Position numbers and translations under genes: made by a program. From Eledone cirrhosa (taxonomy: Eukaryota), in assembly GCA_964016885.1 (NCBI GenBank), contig OZ024746.1:2914001-2978000 (forward strand): 64,000 bases of DNA, read 5' to 3'. This document shows, in pieces, positions 63,675 through 64,000 of the stretch. Each line of letters starts with the position of its first letter. Position 1 is the stretch's first letter. Below the pieces are notes generated by a model. It saw nothing but the letters and a program-made list of their open reading frames with translations, was not told the origin of the DNA and ran no database searches.

Positions 63675-63960
63675 AGTCATACAATGGCTTTTCCACGGAC
63701 AATGGTCAGCACAATCGCTGCAACAGCCACCCCACCTTGCAGGGGTCCTTTTTCAGAAGGGCTGCTGATGTTCCGATTTTGTAGAGGAGCTCAACAGTCT
63801 GGGTTCTGAGGATGCCTGAGGTCTCAACAACGATTGATGCAAAGAGGAAGCGGCCGGACAAGCTTCGGTATTTGCTTGTCTTCCTGTCTTCTACTTTGCG
63901 GTCCCTGGTACCAGGGTTTGTGGCCAGAGTGACTAAGTTGGAGGTGGAGAATGTTGATCA
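63675..63960 (-). pseudogene. CRE-clade non-LTR retrotransposon C-terminal restriction-like endonuclease remnant
   Basis: RKVEDRKTSKYRSLSGRFLFASIVVETSGIL..ELLYKIG..DPCKVGWLLQRL*..TIVRGKA matches E.RK..KY..L..F.P.AVET.G...QRLS.A..RGNA. Confidence 0.8.
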
Positions 63961-64000
63961 GAAATCCGTAGCTTATATGTTTGATAAAAATCACAGAAAC

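Overview
AT-rich, repeat-saturated animal (eukaryotic) DNA, most likely intronic or intergenic. The repeat families look cephalopod/octopus-like to me, which is recognition rather than a database result. I found no convincing intact host gene, and nearly all long ORFs in the track are tandem-repeat artefacts. Contents: (i) decayed transposon coding fragments: four RTE-clade LINE pieces, one L1/Tx1-type RT, one CRE-type RLE endonuclease C-terminus and one Buster/Charlie hAT transposase; (ii) two tRNA-derived SINE families, one with interchangeable 3' tails; (iii) many RTE 3'-UTR copies, usually next to (TA)n; (iv) TTAA-flanked piggyBac-like MITEs and a ~3.7 kb Helitron-like element; (v) about ten minisatellites, several demonstrably born inside transposons, plus a 9.1 kb 27-bp satellite with higher-order structure. 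The most interesting signal is a set of short non-coding elements with minimal type-I hammerhead ribozyme motifs (best at 36188-36254, also ~32207-32250, 77-121, ~59400-59440 and ~30492-30581). Two of them lie inside long inverted repeats and the best-preserved three are flanked by (TA)n-type runs, as expected for Penelope-pLTR/retrozyme-like elements. Several further near-perfect fold-backs (34743-34804, 57330-57849, 62456-62494) would give long dsRNA if transcribed. Coordinates were read by eye and boundaries of decayed elements are approximate.
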